Positions 59,790-64,000 of a stretch of DNA of 64,000 nucleotides are shown piece by piece. The notes under the pieces were generated by a model. It made no database searches, had not been told where the DNA came from, and worked only from the letters and a program-made list of their open reading frames with translations. The DNA lies in contig NMRA01000361.1 in assembly GCA_002633005.1 (NCBI GenBank), forward strand, positions 62,001 through 126,000, written 5' to 3'. Both the position numbers and the translations under genes were made by a program. Source of the stretch: Phoronis australis. Taxonomy: Eukaryota > Animalia > Phoronida. Position 1 is the first letter of the stretch. The number at the start of each line of letters is the position of its first letter.

Positions 59790-60910
59790 ACAACTTTTAC
59801 CAACAATGTCACCGTGCAGCCATGGGTTCACCAGTGTCCCCGATTGTCTGTGGTATCTACACGGAGGACTTCGAGGAGAAAGCTCTCGCTACTGCTTCAT
59901 CTCCACCTGCTGTATGTTGATGACATGGTCTTGTTACTACATGAGTGTGATGACATTGACAGCTTCACGAATCACATTACCAGCTTAAACGATAACATGC
60001 TTTTCACCATGGAAGCTGAGACTGATGGTCGATTACCATTCCTAGACCTATGTGTGCACGTGAAAGACGATGGCTCTACCAAGTTAACAGTATATCGCAA
60101 ACCTACCCACACTGACTAATATCTGTCTGTTGTGAGGACACTGCTGAACCGGCGTGCAGAGGGACACATCACTGAGGAAAAGGACAGGAAGAGTGAACTT
60201 CAACACATACACCGTGCTTTGAAAGCCAACGACTTTGAACCATGGGCATTGAGACTTCCTCACAATCTTAACCCTACCAGCACTAGTGATGACACACCTA
60301 GGATAAGTGTTGGGATCCCACACATTCGTGGTTTGTCTGAGAAACTACATCGCGCTTTTCAAGACACCATGAAGTCAACACTCATGTTAAACCCATCAAC
60401 ACTCTCTGCAGTCAAGTAGTCAAACCCAAAGATGCCACCCCACTTGAGAAGCAGTCATGTTTGGTTTATCAGATCTAGTGCGACCATGATCCTTCTCACG
60501 CATACATCGGTGAAACCAAACGTGCTCTTGGCACTCGCTTTGCGGAACACAAAAAAGTGGGATAAACCCGCTGCTATCGGAGACCATTTACTTTCATCTG
60601 GCCACACTATCAATATCTGCAATACTAGAGTTCTATCCGAAGAAGAACACTGGCACTCCCGCAAGATCGGAGAGGCTATTTCCATTAACCAAACACAACC
60701 CCACCCTCCACACTCAACCGTGACCAAGGACTACAACTTCCGCCATTTACGACAAGGTGTTACTTCCGGTTCAACAACGGTGGGAAGATCAGTCATGTGA
60801 ACAAGGGCCTGAGCTCCAGGCTCGAAACGTTATGCGTACCTAACTTTTAGTCTTTTTGTAAGTAACTTCTCTCGTTTTTACCTTCATCACATGAACACTT
60901 TTAACAGAAT
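59790..60910 (+). mobile_element. Penelope-like retroelement relic (RT + GIY-YIG)
   Basis: YVDD; [16 protein letters not shown]...VYRKPTHTD; IPHIRGLSEKL; VYQI...YIGETKR...EH; IGDHL...RKIGEAISI. The 3' pLTR-like tail carries a hammerhead-like motif. Confidence 0.92.
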
Positions 60911-62749
60911 GTCGGTAGACTTTGGTACAGTAACACACGTACACCGCGCCATTGTTGGAAATAAAACTGAGCTGAGAAGCTCAACATTTTAGCCTGGAAA
61001 GTGAAAATGTACCACAGAAAACTGCAATGTTATATCAAGTTATATCAATGACAAAACTGCACTGCTGAATAAATCTCACACCTGGGAACACAGAGGCTTC
61101 GACACTTAGCAACCCAAAGCCAATTAATAGTCTCCTACCATACTGCACATTGGTCAGCCATTATGCAAACTCAGCTTGTTTACTGAGTCATGCTGCTCAC
61201 TATTTATAAAAGAAATTACCACAACATCCGTCATTTTACTGCGAAAAACAAAGACTTAACAAGATTGACAGCTAGTCGCGGATGTGCAATAAATCGTCTA
61301 TCATAATTGAACAAAAGCCAAAAGAACTGAACATTTCAGAAAATCATACAGAATGTTTTTCTGTCTCTGCTAAAGAAAACTCGTGTTGGGGCGGGGGTAT
61401 TCTTTACCATACCACTGAAACTTTTGCAACAATCTTCATGTCAGTGCCTGCTTCTTATGACTGAATATGACCACGGCATATGTGCGTCACGTGCTTTTTA
61501 ACCTCATAATACCAGAATTATTATGCTGCTTCTGCGTGACGTCAGATTGAGCTTTTATATTAAGTACCGGAGTGCCGTGGTAGAAACGTGTCAATGATAG
61601 CATCACGAAAAGCTGATTGCTGGTATCAATTAGCATTCTATAAGGATCTAGGAAATTTAACGTTCTCATTGATGTCTATTCTGGGTAGTCGATTAAAGGG
61701 TCACGGATCAATAACCCGGGGGATAATCGACTAATTTTCCACTTGTGGCGCACCTGAAAAAGGATGTCCACCCATTCGATGAGTAGGCTCGAAAAGGGGG
61801 ACATATGTAAGGTGGTTCCATAAAAAGGTCACCTTTTAGTAAGGATTTGTTTTAGCAACCCCACCCTTTTGTATTTGTAGGGGTTGATTTCATAAACTTA
61901 ACCTTTTCGTGGGGATTCTTGGAGAGATGACCCTAAACCAGTAGATCTATAAGAAAAGGTGTTATGTTACCAAAGTTTAGAAAATATAGATGAGGACAAA
62001 AAAGGCATGTGACCGAGGTTAAGCAAGACTTGAAACGCTTAGAATGATTTGCAAAGTGGTGGGTAAGGAAAAAATTCCACATCATATTTATTCATCTCGG
62101 GTAGATTTTCTTTTTTGAAACACTGAACAACTAAAACATACCACACCATGACCGACTCGATTTAAAAGCACAGATGAAAATCAACTACACCTTTCTGCCT
62201 GGTGTTGAAACCCTTTGTAGATTTATGTAGTTAGAAAGTGGAATCTTTTGTGGAGTTTCAAATTGCCTAAAGAGGACCCTCAAGTAGAGAATATTGTCAG
62301 GAAAGCACCCTTTCGTAGGGAAACTGATTTTGAAAAAGTTGTTCTTCTAAATGGCCTGTCCTGTATCTCGTTTATAGGAGAACCCCCGGAATCAAACTCA
62401 AATCAAGATTACACTAACTTGTCATGGAGGACACAGGTGGTCTCTCGCGCTCCCAGGGTGAGTTACAAGAGGGCATGAGTCCGCTTGAACTCTTAACGAG
62501 AATTTCTCCACAGATCCTTTAAGCGCATTTAATGATTAGTCTTGTTTTTTGACTTTTTAACTCGACCTGCAAAACAGCACTAATTAGAATTAGACAGAGT
62601 ATAACTACACCTACTTCCTCATCAGATACTTTCAAAATCCTCTTTTCTTTGAGCAGCGTTTTGATTTGAATGTGACAAACTGTTAGTACTGAAAGCTTGT
62701 CCTAGGCAAAGGGTCTGCGCTAACAACTGGCCGTAAAGAGGGTATAATG

Positions 62750-63712
62750 AGATACATGTAAAGACGACTGAGGTTTGACACAGTACCACCACGTCCATAT
62801 TGTAATACAACCAACACAAATATAAAAGCTAATAAGAATCCGAGTAAACGTCATTGATAAATGGCCCTAATGACATAGGCGGATCCAGGGAGGTCAAGCG
62901 GGTCCGGACCCCCCCCTCACAGAATGGATATAGTGGTTCTTGGTAGGGAGTCTTTTTCTCCTGTTGTGTAACTCGCTTACAACGCGTAGGTCACGCTCGC
63001 ACGTTTAGACTTTAGTACGTTAGACAGCAGTTTCCGAAACTTGCTCCAAACTCTTCAGGGTTGACGAGGGTTAAAGACGGCAGCATTTTTTGTTTCAGAG
63101 GGCTGGGTGGAAATGCAGTTGCTAATGCTTCTCATGTGCGAAAACTGTGTCTAGTATCCTTTTAAAACCCTGCGAGTGTCGTCTGATGTCACTGGCTACT
63201 GAGTGGAAAGTGTTGCACGTCATACACTGCTAAATNAGATAAAGACGACTGAGGTTTGATACAGTACCATGCACCACATCCATATTGTAATACAACCAAC
63301 ACAAATATATACGCTAATAAGAATTCGAGTAAACGTCATTGATAAATGGCCCTAATGACATAGGCGGATCCAGGGAGGTCAAGCGGGTCCGGACCCTCCC
63401 CCTCACAGAATGGATATAGTGGTTCTTGGTAGGGAGTCTTTTTCTCCTGTTGTGTAACTCGCTCACAACGCGTAGGTCACGCTCGCACGTTTAGACTTTA
63501 GTACGTTAGACAGCAGTTTCCGAAACATGCTCCAAACTCTTCAGGGTTGACGAGGGTTAAAGACGGCAGCATTTTTTGTTTCAGAGAGCTGGGTGGAAAT
63601 GCAGTTGCTAATGCTTCTCATGTGCGAAAACTGTGTCTAGTATCCTTTTAAAACCCTGCGAGTGTCGTCTGATGTCACTGGCTACTGAGTGGAAAGTGTC
63701 GCACTGCTAAAT
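62750..63712. repeat. Near-identical direct duplication (62750-63235 / 63237-63712) around N63236; likely assembly artefact
   Basis: The copies abut a single N and differ by small indels and SNPs. Confidence 0.85.
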
Positions 63713-64000
63713 ATTTAGTGGATTTTTCATATTGGTGCTCTCTAGGGTAATGAGATCACGAATGTGACTTCCGTCCAATACAGCTTATTGTACCCTCTTA
63801 AACAGCGCCACCTATACTGAAAAGTGGCCCTGTGGAAACATGATGAACGGCGACACACGGAATTCCGTGTGTGGGCATCGATGTGCATGCTTGGTCGGAA
63901 GTTTACCGATCACATCGCCACCACTTGCAAACGCTTTCTATACACTGAACTTGTTTGGGCTTAAGTCACTGGATCGGGGTTTCCTTGATTTTGTTTTCTT

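Noticed and set aside
63020-63062. Minus-strand CTGAAGA...GGAAACTGCTGTC hammerhead look-alike
   Set aside because: No closing G-C pair of stem II before GAAA and no stem I.

Overview
AT-rich, intron-rich animal genomic DNA from a draft assembly, probably an invertebrate. No prokaryotic operons or CRISPR arrays are present. I reconstructed four protein-coding loci by hand from splice sites and reading-frame phases. (1) A NECAB-like EF-hand/ABM gene on the minus strand, with 9 exons in the window, running off the left edge. (2) A complete 14-exon MORN1 orthologue on the plus strand (about 539 aa); its ATG is only 140 bp from the NECAB ATG, head-to-head. (3) A secreted-type LRR+Ig gene on the minus strand with a single coding exon. 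(4) The first coding exon of an SLC43A3-like transporter on the plus strand, with an enlarged first loop containing RRKR. The right third is a transposon graveyard: CR1/L2- and RTE-like LINE relics, a Kolobok-type MITE, a 4.8-kb AcademX relic with both TIRs and a 3-bp TSD, and Penelope-like elements with hammerhead-like cores. The most notable non-coding signals are an intronic Helentron-type element carrying eight co-oriented CTCF-like motifs, and a 180-nt G-U-rich rod-like RNA module with a hammerhead core in a MORN1 intron. Three duplications flanking single N bases look like haplotype assembly artefacts. Family assignments rest on recalled motifs, not database searches.
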